57,596 nucleotides of DNA from Pseudobdellovibrionaceae bacterium. Lineage in GTDB: Bacteria; Bdellovibrionota_B; Oligoflexia; Oligoflexales; Bog-1112. Each line of letters opens with the position of its first letter. The first letter of the stretch is position 1. The position numbers were made by a program, and so were the translations under genes. The stretch spans positions 1 through 57,596 of the forward strand of contig PASJ01000001.1 of NCBI GenBank assembly GCA_002711925.1. Reading direction: 5' to 3'. Shown piece after piece: positions 9,752 through 20,017 of the stretch. The notes below the pieces were generated by a model that saw only the letters and a program-made list of their open reading frames with translations, had not been told where the DNA came from and made no database searches.

Positions 9752-11509
9752 ATGAAAACTTATGTCTTATTCTCTTACCTTTTTTGTCTTATGATCCAGT
9801 CGTGTGCCAGCACCGAAAGAAAGTTTTATCAACACGAAAGTCGACAGCGTCAAACATTTGAAGCTACCGGTGAAAATGCGATGGTAGCCACTGCACACCC
9901 TCTTGCTTCTCGAGCTGCATTAAAAGTTTTAAAAAGAGGGGGAAATGCAATTGATGCTGCTATCTGTGCCTCATTTGTCCTAGCCGTTGTTAGACCTCAG
10001 TCAACTGGCATTGGCGGAGGAGGTTTTTTACTTTACCACCAACCTTCAACACAAAAAACCACAGTCCTTGACTTTAGAGAGGAAGCTCCAAGAAAATCTT
10101 ATGCAAATATGTATGTCTCCGCAGACGGTAAGGCTATTCCTTTCTTATATAAAGATCAAACACTAGCTAACGCATCTTTAAATGGTCACCTTTCTGCTGG
10201 AGTACCAGGCCTTGTGGCAGGTCTAGTCAAAAGTCATCAACGGTTTGGTAAGTTAAAATTCAAAGACTTAGTGCAACCAGCAATTGACCTAGCTCGAGAT
10301 GGTTTTAAAGTATACCCATCACTAGCAAGGGCCATCGAAAAAAGAAAAAATGTACTGATGACGTTTTCAGAAAGCAGAAAAATATTTCTTCCCCGAAATA
10401 AACCTCTTCAAACTGGCGATACATTAAAGCAAAAAGATTTAGCAAAATCTCTTCAGCTTATTGCTGAAAATGGGCAGAAGGTGTTCTACCATGGATCAAT
10501 AGCATCGGCTATTGTGAGTGAGTTTAAAGAATACGGCATCATGGAAAAAGAAGACCTTTCAAGCTACAAAGTAAAAGAGCGCTCAGCTATTACATCAAGC
10601 TATAAAGGCTATAAAATTAAGTCTATGCCACCACCATCATCTGGCGGGATTCACATTGCTCAAATTCTTAATATACTAGAAAACGATGACTTACACTCAT
10701 CCGGTCACAATAGCTTTCAAAGTATACATCTTATCGTCGAAGCCATGAGAAGGGCATATTATGATCGTTCTAAATACTTAGGAGATCCTGAATTTACAAG
10801 TGTTCCAAGAACGGGACTTTTATCTAAAAAGTATGCTAGAAGTCTTAGGAACTCCTTCCATTCAAGCCGCGCCACTCCTTCTACATCCCTAGGTAAATTG
10901 AGTCCACTTAACTATGAATCTGAGTCTACAACACACATATCCATTGTAGACCAATGGGGACAAGCTGTAAGCAGCACACAAACAATAAACTATCTTTTTG
11001 GCTCCGGGGTAGTTGTCAAAGGAACTGGAATTCTTATGAATAATGAAATGGACGACTTTTCCATCAGTCCAGGAAAACCAAATGTTTACGGACTTATTGG
11101 AGGGGCTGCTAATGCTATTGCTCCGAAAAAAAGAATGCTGTCTTCCATGTCCCCAACAATGGTCTTCGACTCAGAAAACAGGCTTCTTCTAGTTACTGGA
11201 GCGCCAGGCGGGTCTAGAATTATAACAGCAATCGTTCAAATGATATTAAATATTATTGAATATAAAATGACTCTTAGAGATGCTGTCCATTCCTTTCGTT
11301 TCCATCATCAGTATATGCCTGATACTATTTTTTATGAGAAAGATAGTCTACAAAGCTCAACAATCAAAAAGCTTCAAACCTTAGGGTATGATACAAAAAT
11401 ATCGACTCGCTACTTAGGGGATATACAAGCTATACAAAGAGATTTTAAAAACCAACTCTGGCTAGGAGTTTCAGACACAAGATCAGACGGAAAGGCTCTT
11501 GGCTTTTGA
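9752..11509 (+). CDS. ggt: Gamma-glutamyltransferase (lipoprotein)
   Basis: GGNAIDAA, GIGGGGF, DFREEAP, autoprocessing Thr in ESESTTHISIVD, SSMSPT, GAPGGSRI; lipobox-like IQSC. Confidence 0.96.
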   Translation: MKTYVLFSYLFCLMIQSCASTERKFYQHESRQRQTFEATGENAMVATAHPLASRAALKVLKRGGNAIDAAICASFVLAVVRPQSTGIGGGGFLLYHQPSTQKTTVLDFREEAPRKSYANMYVSADGKAIPFLYKDQTLANASLNGHLSAGVPGLVAGLVKSHQRFGKLKFKDLVQPAIDLARDGFKVYPSLARAIEKRKNVLMTFSESRKIFLPRNKPLQTGDTLKQKDLAKSLQLIAENGQKVFYHGSIASAIVSEFKEYGIMEKEDLSSYKVKERSAITSSYKGYKIKSMPPPSSGGIHIAQILNILENDDLHSSGHNSFQSIHLIVEAMRRAYYDRSKYLGDPEFTSVPRTGLLSKKYARSLRNSFHSSRATPSTSLGKLSPLNYESESTTHISIVDQWGQAVSSTQTINYLFGSGVVVKGTGILMNNEMDDFSISPGKPNVYGLIGGAANAIAPKKRMLSSMSPTMVFDSENRLLLVTGAPGGSRIITAIVQMILNIIEYKMTLRDAVHSFRFHHQYMPDTIFYEKDSLQSSTIKKLQTLGYDTKISTRYLGDIQAIQRDFKNQLWLGVSDTRSDGKALGF

Positions 11510-12814
11510 CTTCACATATAAAAAAGAAACAAGTCCAAGACCAACAAGAATGATATATGAAAGTATGTCATAGAAACTATCTATTCCAAGAATACTATAA
11601 TATGCGATAACAACAGAAGAGCCCATTGCAAGTAAAGTTAAAATGAAAGTTCCTATCTTTTTTTCTACATATGAAAACTTCAACAAAGCAAACAAACATA
11701 TTGATACTGCAGTTAAAGATCCTATGTTACTAAAACAAATTAAAACGCTTTTATTTTCTATGAAACTCATAAAGATAAAAGCAACGAAACAATTGAACAA
11801 AACAGCATAAACAGGCTGTTTATTTTTATTGTTTTTCTTGAGGAATTCTGAAAAAAGTAACGCTTTGTCCTTTGCCATTGTCTGCAACAAAAAGCTAAAA
11901 GAGACAACTTCAGACAAGATTGCATTAAAATAAGAAAAAGCTAAAGAAACAACAAAAACGTAAGTACCAAACTGAAAAAAATAAGAGTTAGACAAACCTA
12001 AAAAATTAGTTACTCCCTCAACTTTTTCAGTTGCCAAGTTTTGTGGTCCCATAATATTTAAAATTTGAAAGTGAAAAAGTGTATAAATAGCAGATACGAG
12101 AAAAAAGCCAACAAGCACAGCTAAAGATGATTTTTTTGCTCCTCCTTCTATTCTGTGAGCCATATTACAACAAGATTCAAATCCCCAGTACCCAAACATA
12201 GCCAGGGGAACTATGCTGATCAAAGATGTCATAAAACCAGGGTCACTCTTTTGTAGAACTGAGCTAACACCTTCTTCTGAAAGCTGACCAAAGTCAACAA
12301 AAGGTATAAGAATCAAAAGACTGATAATAAAAATAATAGGAAAAAATTTTAATACAGACGCTCCCGTTTGAATATGACCAATAGTTTTTAAACTTTGCAA
12401 ACAAATAAAAGCAATAAAAGAAAAAATCGAAAAATTCACCAAAAAATATGCAAAGGGTCCTACAAGCTCACAAGCAAAGCAGCCTAAGAAAGTGTCTCGC
12501 AAGACAACAGCTTGCAGAGCTTCAGCACTGGTAAAAGCGAGAAAATAAGACCAACCACAGAGAAAGCCTAAAGTTGGGCCCAGAAGAGTTTGTGCGTATG
12601 CATATAAGCCTGATTGTTTTGGAAAAAGTAAAGAAAGTTTCATAACTGCTAAGACAACAGGAAGAAAAATTAAAGCAGCAACCCCCCAACCAAGATAACT
12701 CCAACCGTATGCAACTTTTGCCATTTCTGGAGGTGATAAATAAATACCAGCTCCAATCATAATATTCATGTTTAAAAGAACTGCTACATAAAATGGAACT
12801 CTGTCTTTTCTCAT
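11483..12814 (-). CDS. APC-superfamily amino acid permease
   Basis: About 12 TM helices, TM1 NIMIGAGIY, TM6 FGYWGFES. Confidence 0.85.
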   Translation of the reverse strand: MRKDRVPFYVAVLLNMNIMIGAGIYLSPPEMAKVAYGWSYLGWGVAALIFLPVVLAVMKLSLLFPKQSGLYAYAQTLLGPTLGFLCGWSYFLAFTSAEALQAVVLRDTFLGCFACELVGPFAYFLVNFSIFSFIAFICLQSLKTIGHIQTGASVLKFFPIIFIISLLILIPFVDFGQLSEEGVSSVLQKSDPGFMTSLISIVPLAMFGYWGFESCCNMAHRIEGGAKKSSLAVLVGFFLVSAIYTLFHFQILNIMGPQNLATEKVEGVTNFLGLSNSYFFQFGTYVFVVSLAFSYFNAILSEVVSFSFLLQTMAKDKALLFSEFLKKNNKNKQPVYAVLFNCFVAFIFMSFIENKSVLICFSNIGSLTAVSICLFALLKFSYVEKKIGTFILTLLAMGSSVVIAYYSILGIDSFYDILSYIILVGLGLVSFLYVKSKAKSLSV

Positions 12815-12974
12815 GCTAAGTTATCTTTATAAAGTTTATTATATTTTTGAGTATATGCAATGAATACTATCGGATGAAAATCTTGTTTTATACCAGAGCC
12901 AAGAAAAAAACAAATATTAAAGATTGAAGACAAGAAACCAAAAACTAAACAAGAAAAAAAACCCTTATTTCTAA

Positions 12975-13739
12975 CTAACTATCAAAAGACTCTTCTTTTA
13001 TACAATCTCTTCCTACACCACGCGAAAGAAGAAAAGCTTTAATACTTTCCATCATAGGACCAGGGCCGCAAACCATATACGTCTTACCACCTAAATCACT
13101 CTTAAAAACTTCTTCAACCATCTCCCCTGTGATACGACCGTAGAGATAACCTTCCGATCGCAGATCTTCCCTTGTTAAAGCTATGGTAATATTTATTCTT
13201 TGACGTTTTCCCAAGTCCTCAAGTTTTTTCCTAAAGATTATATCTTCTCTAGTTTTAAATACAGCTATTAAAGTAATTTCTTGGGGAGAGTCACTTGAGC
13301 CAAGGCTTTCCTCAAACTCTTTTAGCATGCTAAAGAAAGGAGTAATGCCACTGCCAGCACAAACCAGAACTAAGTGACTTGTATCTTTTTGCGACTCGTA
13401 GACAAAACGACCGATAGGCCCCCGAGCTGTTAAAACATCGCCTTCTTTAACTTCGCAGCACAAGTACTTACTGACAACAGGATCAACGACTTGTTTAACA
13501 GTGATTGTCAAATAATCTGTTTCACGTGGGCAGCTTGATAAGCTATAGGATCTCACAATCGGACGCTCTGACAAATCATCAAAACGAAAGGTTAGATATT
13601 GTCCAGGAATGTAGTCAATAACTCTTCCGCCATCTTCGTAGTCCTCTAAAAACAAAGTCCGCGTATCTTCTACCTCTTCAACAACTTTAACAACCTGAAG
13701 CTTCATCCAGCCTTTTTTCTTTCTTGGCAAATTATACAT
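12975..13739 (-). CDS. FNR-like FAD/NAD(P)-binding oxidoreductase (no Fe-S domain)
   Basis: PGQYL, RSYSLSS FAD motif, AGSGITP, VCGPGPMM, C-terminal EESF. Confidence 0.9.
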   Translation of the reverse strand: MYNLPRKKKGWMKLQVVKVVEEVEDTRTLFLEDYEDGGRVIDYIPGQYLTFRFDDLSERPIVRSYSLSSCPRETDYLTITVKQVVDPVVSKYLCCEVKEGDVLTARGPIGRFVYESQKDTSHLVLVCAGSGITPFFSMLKEFEESLGSSDSPQEITLIAVFKTREDIIFRKKLEDLGKRQRINITIALTREDLRSEGYLYGRITGEMVEEVFKSDLGGKTYMVCGPGPMMESIKAFLLSRGVGRDCIKEESFDS

Positions 13740-13774
13740 GATAATGTTTCTTTATGTTTGTTTTTACAAAACAG

Positions 13775-14752
13775 CTAGGAGAATGTCTTAGCTACACATG
13801 AGTTATATTCTCTTACTAACCTTTCAACCAAGTCTTGGCAACTTGGAATGTCATTGATATCAGCACACACTTGACCTATTTCTAACTCTCCATCTAAAAG
13901 ATCCCCTTCAAACATACCCCTTTTAGCTCGACCTTTACCAAGAAGTTCTTTGAGCTCTTCTTGCCTTGCCCCTCTTTGCTCCAACTCATTAACACGATAA
14001 TAAAACGCATTTTTTAATAATCTTACTGGAGTCAAACTTTTCATACATAGCTTAGTACTATCGTGAGATGCTTTTAAAAGCATCTTTTTGTAATCGATGT
14101 GGGCACTTGACTCCTTAGTCGCTAAAAAACGCGAACCAATTTGAACACCCGAAGCACCAAGGGAAAATGCAGCTGCAATCTGAGCACCAGAAGCAATGCC
14201 TCCTGCAGCAACAACAGGCAACTTTACCTTTGAAACAACCTGGGGGATTAAACACATAGTTGTTAATTCGTCATATCCATTATGACCTCCTGCTTCAAAC
14301 CCCTCGGCAATAATAATATCGACTCCTGCATCCTCACATTTTTCAGCTAAATATGGTGATGAAACAACATGTAAAACGACAGCACCCGATTGCTTTAACC
14401 ATTGGGTGTACGTTTTAGGGTTTCCTGCCGACGTTATAAAAATTTGGATACCTTCCTCTAAAGCAGTTATAAGTTGTTGTTTTGCGCCCTGATATAAAAG
14501 GGGAATATTGACAGCTATAGTCTGATTCGACAGTAACCGCGATTTTTGGATATGTTGTCTTAGAAGATCGGGATCCATTGAACCAGCTCCAATAACTCCT
14601 AAAGCTCCTGCGTTAGAAGCAGCTGCAGCTAGCTTAGCTCCTGAGGCCCACACCATACCTGCTTGAATAATTGGAAGTTGAATTGACAAAGCCTGACACA
14701 ACTGTTTTCTTGGAAGATTACTGATCATTTCTTTACTTTCTCCATTGAACAT
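13775..14752 (-). CDS. Nitronate monooxygenase / FabK-like FMN oxidoreductase
   Basis: PIIQAGMVWAS, AEGFEAGGH, VVAAGGIASG, GVQIGSRF. Confidence 0.9.
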   Translation of the reverse strand: MFNGESKEMISNLPRKQLCQALSIQLPIIQAGMVWASGAKLAAAASNAGALGVIGAGSMDPDLLRQHIQKSRLLSNQTIAVNIPLLYQGAKQQLITALEEGIQIFITSAGNPKTYTQWLKQSGAVVLHVVSSPYLAEKCEDAGVDIIIAEGFEAGGHNGYDELTTMCLIPQVVSKVKLPVVAAGGIASGAQIAAAFSLGASGVQIGSRFLATKESSAHIDYKKMLLKASHDSTKLCMKSLTPVRLLKNAFYYRVNELEQRGARQEELKELLGKGRAKRGMFEGDLLDGELEIGQVCADINDIPSCQDLVERLVREYNSCVAKTFS

Positions 14753-14996
14753 ATGTTCTAACTTGTAGCTTTTTAAGTAAGCTGCAACGAGACTTCATTT
14801 ATACTTTTTTTCGAAGAAAAGCCTCACAAGAAAAAAGAAATTTGTTAAGTAAAATGCATGGTAAAAAAGTAAATCCAGCGTTTTTTAAAACTAATTTCAA
14901 ATAAAATTTACTTTTTAATTGATATGAAACATGCTATCATTGGAAACTAACCTTCTTGTTGAGAAACTTATCAAACTATTTTTTTAAGCTACTGCT

Positions 14997-15884
14997 ATGA
15001 TTAAAGAAAATTTTAAGAAAAATGACGATTACCAACTGTTAGATAGTGGTAATTTTCGCAAACTTGAAAGATTTGGTCCCTATATTTTTGATCGACCATC
15101 AGCCCAAGCACCCTGGTCACCTATGCTTAGCAAAAAAGCATGGCAACAGTGCGATGCAAAATATGAAAGAAGCCCACAAGGACAAGGCAAGTGGATTTAC
15201 TTCAAAAAAAAATCAATAACACCTTGGCTAATACACCAAAAAAATAAAGCTTTCATTCTCAAAATGACTGACTTTGGTCACTTGGGAATTTTTCCAGAAC
15301 ATTTGCAAATTGAAAACCACATCGAAAGTATGTCAATATCACTTGGTGAAATTAAAAGACCAAAATTCCTAAATCTTTTTGCTTACACAGGATCTTTAAG
15401 CCTACACTTAGCACAAAAATTCTCATGTGAAACAGTCCACCTCGACGCTTCTAAAACAAGTATTTCTTGGGCTAGAGATAATTTAGAAAAAACTCAAATA
15501 AACAATTCAAAGATCAGGTGGATATGCGATGATGCTGTAAAATTCGTGGCTCGAGAAATTCGAAGAAACTCTCAGTACGAGGGGATAATCCTTGACCCAC
15601 CAACATATGGACGAGGACAAAAAGGCGAAATCTGGAAAATAGAAAAACACCTTCCAAGGCTTCTAAAAGAATTAAGAAAAATCTTAAGAAAAGATAAATA
15701 CTTTATTGTTTTATCATCACATAGTCCTGGATATACCCCAATAACTCTAACAAACTTACTGAAAGAGTCTTTTCCTCAAGCAGAGTGTCAAACTGCTTTT
15801 GAGTTATTCATATGTGAAGATAAGTCCGAAAGAAAGCTTCCATCTGGAGCTTGTGCAATATTTAGCTCTGGGTTATCAACTTGA
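14997..15884 (+). CDS. Class I SAM-dependent methyltransferase (RlmI/RlmK-like)
   Basis: LNLFAYTG motif I, ILDPPTYG motif IV. Confidence 0.88.
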   Translation: MIKENFKKNDDYQLLDSGNFRKLERFGPYIFDRPSAQAPWSPMLSKKAWQQCDAKYERSPQGQGKWIYFKKKSITPWLIHQKNKAFILKMTDFGHLGIFPEHLQIENHIESMSISLGEIKRPKFLNLFAYTGSLSLHLAQKFSCETVHLDASKTSISWARDNLEKTQINNSKIRWICDDAVKFVAREIRRNSQYEGIILDPPTYGRGQKGEIWKIEKHLPRLLKELRKILRKDKYFIVLSSHSPGYTPITLTNLLKESFPQAECQTAFELFICEDKSERKLPSGACAIFSSGLST

Positions 15885-16711
15885 AAAAAAAATATGAAAA
15901 AATAAACATTATTAAAAGCCTGCAAAACCCTCTACTAAAAAAGATGGTTAAACTATCAAAGTCAACAAACCTTCGACAAGAAAAATTTTTTCTTGTCGAA
16001 GGAATAAGAGAAATAAACTGTGCTTTAAAAGCTAACTACCTTATAAATTCAATTTTTTGTTGTCAACCATACCTGTCAGATCAAGCAAAAATACTCTATA
16101 ATACCCTTATTTTAAAAAAGACAAACCACTACCAACTATCCGAAGCTTGTTTTGAAAAAATGGTCCGAAGAAAAAAAACTGACGGTCTGTGTATACTGTT
16201 TGAAAAGAAAACTTCAAATCAAAATGATGACCTATTTAAAAAAGCAAACTTCCTTTTAATTATTGACGAAATAGAAAAACCGGGAAATCTTGGAGCAATT
16301 CTGCGAACAGCAGATGCTGCTGGTGTTGACCTCATTGTTACAACACCCCAATCTCCACCATTATATCACCACAACGTAATACGCTCTAGTCTCGGTGCCA
16401 GCTTTATCATTCCCCACCTAGAGCTTACACCGATAAAAATAAAAGAACTATGTCTAACACATAACATTGAAATTATCGGTTCTGTAGTTGACAGTAAGTG
16501 CAAACCATACGAGCAAATTAAGGGACAAAAGAAAATAGCTCTTATTCTTAGTTCAGAAGATCAAGGTATCAGCCCGTATTGGTCTAAAAACTGTACCTCA
16601 AAGATTACTATTCCTATGGGGGGCGTTATGAACTCTTTAAATGTCTCTGTTGCTGCTGGTATTATTCTATTTGAAGTCAATCGCCAAAGACGAAAAGCTT
16701 CGATAAATTAA
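15881..16711 (+). CDS. TrmH/SpoU-family RNA methyltransferase
   Basis: PGNLGAILRTADAAG and IPM..SLNVSVAAGI SPOUT motifs; start overlaps the previous stop. Confidence 0.93.
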   Translation: MKKKYEKINIIKSLQNPLLKKMVKLSKSTNLRQEKFFLVEGIREINCALKANYLINSIFCCQPYLSDQAKILYNTLILKKTNHYQLSEACFEKMVRRKKTDGLCILFEKKTSNQNDDLFKKANFLLIIDEIEKPGNLGAILRTADAAGVDLIVTTPQSPPLYHHNVIRSSLGASFIIPHLELTPIKIKELCLTHNIEIIGSVVDSKCKPYEQIKGQKKIALILSSEDQGISPYWSKNCTSKITIPMGGVMNSLNVSVAAGIILFEVNRQRRKASIN

Positions 16712-17610
16712 TTACCGTTGTCAATAAAATCAGCAAGTCTTTTGTTTAATAGTGATTTAGAAACCCAAAACTTTTTTGCAAGTTGCTGCACAATATCTCT
16801 AGATGAGTCTACACGCTCAACCTCTGCTTTCAAGAAATTACTTGGAATCAAAAGAAGACCAGCAAAAATATTGCTTTGAACTTCTATAACTTCTTTAGGA
16901 GAAGAACATAAGTGACTAACGAGGTTATGCTTGATAGCACATAGGTGCTTATACAACTCTTTCAAAAGATTAAATCTTATATAAGGTCTCATGTCAGAAC
17001 TTTTATAAGAAACAACCGTTTGATCTAAACCACTGACCTCTTGTTTACTTACCTTTACCGACTCAGTCATACTTTCATCGTTTTTGAGGCAAATCGAAGG
17101 GAACATGCTAAAAATCTCAGGAACAAAAATAGGCGCTTCTAAAAATGATCCTTGATCTAAAATACTGTTTGTAAGAGCTGAAATTGTGCTTCGATCTACA
17201 CTAAAAATTTCTTCAAACGAAGAAATTGAGCTGTCTTTTCGCCATTTTTTAGGATTACGAAAATATTCTTTTTTCAAAGTTTCTAAAGGAGCCCCACGAA
17301 GATAAAAACTGCCGTAACCACTGTACTCAAAGACAGCTTCTTCAAGGTCAATCTTTCCTGCTGTGATGTCAAAGACGAGCCTTTCATCAACACTCAAATG
17401 GTCTGCAATACTTTGTAGCGTTAATAAACCTCTAATATTTTTCTTACCCTTTTTCCAATGACTGCAATCTGCTGGATCATAACCTAAAATAGCACCAACA
17501 TCTTGATCGATAACTTTCACATTACGCTGGTATCTAATTTCTAAAGCTTCTTTACAAAAACGAAATAGTTTTGCTGAGTTAGGGTATCTGTTTTCTATCG
17601 TTTTTTTCAT
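16708..17610 (-). CDS. HTH (XRE-like) + ImmA/IrrE-like domain protein, degenerate HExxH
   Basis: N-terminal DQDVGAILGYDPADCSHWKKG helix-turn-helix pattern; C-terminal RFNLLKELYKH...EVQSNIFAGLLLIP...LAKKFWVS matches IrrE/DUF955 layout. ATG 17610 with GGGAG RBS. Confidence 0.7.
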   Translation of the reverse strand: MKKTIENRYPNSAKLFRFCKEALEIRYQRNVKVIDQDVGAILGYDPADCSHWKKGKKNIRGLLTLQSIADHLSVDERLVFDITAGKIDLEEAVFEYSGYGSFYLRGAPLETLKKEYFRNPKKWRKDSSISSFEEIFSVDRSTISALTNSILDQGSFLEAPIFVPEIFSMFPSICLKNDESMTESVKVSKQEVSGLDQTVVSYKSSDMRPYIRFNLLKELYKHLCAIKHNLVSHLCSSPKEVIEVQSNIFAGLLLIPSNFLKAEVERVDSSRDIVQQLAKKFWVSKSLLNKRLADFIDNGN

Positions 17611-17879
17611 GAAACTGACTCCCAATCATGTCATGTTCCCAAGCTATCCGGCTCTAGAACTATGAGGTAAAGACAATCAGCTTCCTGCTGGCTTATTAAA
17701 TTTGAAATACCTATTTATTATTAGAAACAATTAATTGGAGAACGTCAACATGGTGACAAAGATTTACAATCAAGGTAAGGTATAAAAATTGCGGGCACAA
17801 GATATATTTATCTTGCTAAGCTGCCAAATTTTTTGAAAAAAAAAAAAACTCTACGGATTTTCTTTGTTTTTCATATTTT

Positions 17880-18359
17880 TTACTTTTTTACAGGCTCAAG
17901 TATGGCAATAGTTTGAGGACCAGGAATTCTAACAACCTTGCAATCGGTTTGTGCTGTGATTTTCTTTACTAAATCTTCTGCTCTTTCTGGATTTTCTCTT
18001 TCGCGTCCTTTTAAACGAATCATGATTTTCACCTTGTCTCCGCGAGAAAGGAAAGTCTGTATTTTATTAACTTTTGTAGTTAAGTCGTGCTCTGAGATAT
18101 TAACTTTGAACTGAAGTTCCTTCAGTACTTGGTTGGATTTACTCCCTTTTCTAGCCTTTTTCTTCTCGTACTCGATTTTCTTGAAATCTTGGATTCTCAC
18201 AACAGGAGGTTTAACATCATCACTAACAAGAACAAGATCTAAGCCCTGCTCTTCTGCTTGCTCTAACGCCTCACTTATATGAATAATCTCATTTATACCT
18301 CTACCAACTATCCGAACTTTTTCAAGTTTCTTTGCAGTTGCTCTGTTAATGATCTCCAA
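17880..18359 (-). CDS. infC: Translation initiation factor IF-3
   Basis: GLDLVLVS..PPVVRIQDF, KELQF..ISEHDL, GDKVKIMIRLKGRE; TTG start 6 nt after AAGGA. Confidence 0.95.
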   Translation of the reverse strand: MEIINRATAKKLEKVRIVGRGINEIIHISEALEQAEEQGLDLVLVSDDVKPPVVRIQDFKKIEYEKKKARKGSKSNQVLKELQFKVNISEHDLTTKVNKIQTFLSRGDKVKIMIRLKGRERENPERAEDLVKKITAQTDCKVVRIPGPQTIAILEPVKK

Positions 18360-18721
18360 ATACTATCCTTTCAGGTTAATTTTGCAGCGGAGTAAACCTA
18401 TAAACGAATTGTTTTTCTCTTGTTTTGCCTATGAAAAACAAAAACCGTAAGACATTTATGCAAGTAAAACATGCCTTGTCAAGCCCAATATAACAAGCTT
18501 TTAGCTCATTGTAGGAAGGTCAGTTAAAAATAAAGTCTCAAACAAAATTTTATAGTAGGCCAACCTTCATATAGAGGTGAATGTATAAAAAAATAATCAT
18601 CTAGAATGCTGAAATAACAAAACTTTCAAAAAAACAAAAAATTCCAACAACTAAAACTTTTCTAGAAACGAAAAAAAACCTGGTTTTTCTGAGATGGTGA
18701 TAAACAAACTAACTTAACAAA

Positions 18722-19990
18722 CTACATTGTGCCCGCCATATCAAAAACAGGAAGATACATAGCAACAACAATAAACCCAACGACACCACCAATAAAGACA
18801 ATCATGATAGGCTCTATCAGGGAAAGCATCGTTTGAATTGCGGAGTCGACTTCCTCTTCATAAAAAACACTTATTTTCTCAAGCATTTCATCTAAAGCAC
18901 CTGTTGCTTCCCCAACCTCCACCATAGAAACAACCATATCTGGAAATAAATCACCCTTACTCAGTGGAGTTGAAAACTTATCCCCCTCCTCCAAGGCTGT
19001 ACGCACACTCTCAATAAAAACTTCAATTGTTTTGTTTCCAGCCGAAGATGCACAAATTTTTAAAGCATCTAAAAGGTTTACTCCGGAAGTAAGCATACTG
19101 GACATAGTTGAGCAAAAACGCCCAACTGCAATTTTTTTAAGAACAGGACCAACAACAGGAGCTTTAAGAATCCACTTATCAAAAGTACTACGACCATTTA
19201 CACTACCCAACCAAATTTTAAAAACTATAAAAAAAATGATCAATGAACCTAAAAGAAAATACCAATTATTACTTAAAAAGTTAGAGGCATCAATTATCAT
19301 TTGGGTTATACCAGGCAATTCCTTACCAGACTCTGAAAACTGCTGAGCAAAAGTTGGGACAACAAAAACTAATAATCCCGTAACAATCACAAAAGCTAAA
19401 ATTAAGACACCAACAGGATAAGCCATTGCTGACTTCACTTGAGATTTAACGGTTGCAGCTTTTTCAATATAAACTACCAGCTTTGATAAAATTAAATCTA
19501 AGTTACCACTTTCCTCACCAGCTTGTATCATAGCAATATATAAACTATCGAATATTTCTGGAAATTGACCCATGGCATCAGATAAAGTAACTCCGTTTTC
19601 CACATCATTTTGAACTTTAGCTAATGCTTTAACAAAAGACCGCGATGTTTGCTGTTTTAATAAAATACTTAGCCCTTGAATCAAAGGAATTCCACTATTA
19701 ATCATAGTCGCAAGTTGCTTAGTAAAAACGACTAAATCTTGAGTTGTGGGAGCAGAGCTACCTAAAGCAATTTGAATATTTCCATACCCATCTTTATACA
19801 CAAAATTTCCAATAATTGGTGTTTCCGATAAAGCAGGGTGTTGCCCTTCAGGAATTAATACCTCAACAGTTATAGGTTGTAGTTTTATTTCCCTCAATTT
19901 AGTCTTAATCACTTTTTTTGACTCACCTTCCATTTCTCCCAAACGCTCTTTGCCCCTTGAGTCCTTTGCTTTGTAAGAAAATTTTGTCAT
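18722..19990 (-). CDS. pilC: Type IV pilus inner-membrane platform protein (GspF family)
   Basis: FTKQLATMINSGIPL, AGEESGNLD, AMAYP, VGEATGALDEML, EPIMIV..AMYLPVF. Confidence 0.93.
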   Translation of the reverse strand: MTKFSYKAKDSRGKERLGEMEGESKKVIKTKLREIKLQPITVEVLIPEGQHPALSETPIIGNFVYKDGYGNIQIALGSSAPTTQDLVVFTKQLATMINSGIPLIQGLSILLKQQTSRSFVKALAKVQNDVENGVTLSDAMGQFPEIFDSLYIAMIQAGEESGNLDLILSKLVVYIEKAATVKSQVKSAMAYPVGVLILAFVIVTGLLVFVVPTFAQQFSESGKELPGITQMIIDASNFLSNNWYFLLGSLIIFFIVFKIWLGSVNGRSTFDKWILKAPVVGPVLKKIAVGRFCSTMSSMLTSGVNLLDALKICASSAGNKTIEVFIESVRTALEEGDKFSTPLSKGDLFPDMVVSMVEVGEATGALDEMLEKISVFYEEEVDSAIQTMLSLIEPIMIVFIGGVVGFIVVAMYLPVFDMAGTM

Positions 19991-20017
19991 AACCGGAAAG
20001 CCTATATTAAAAATTAT

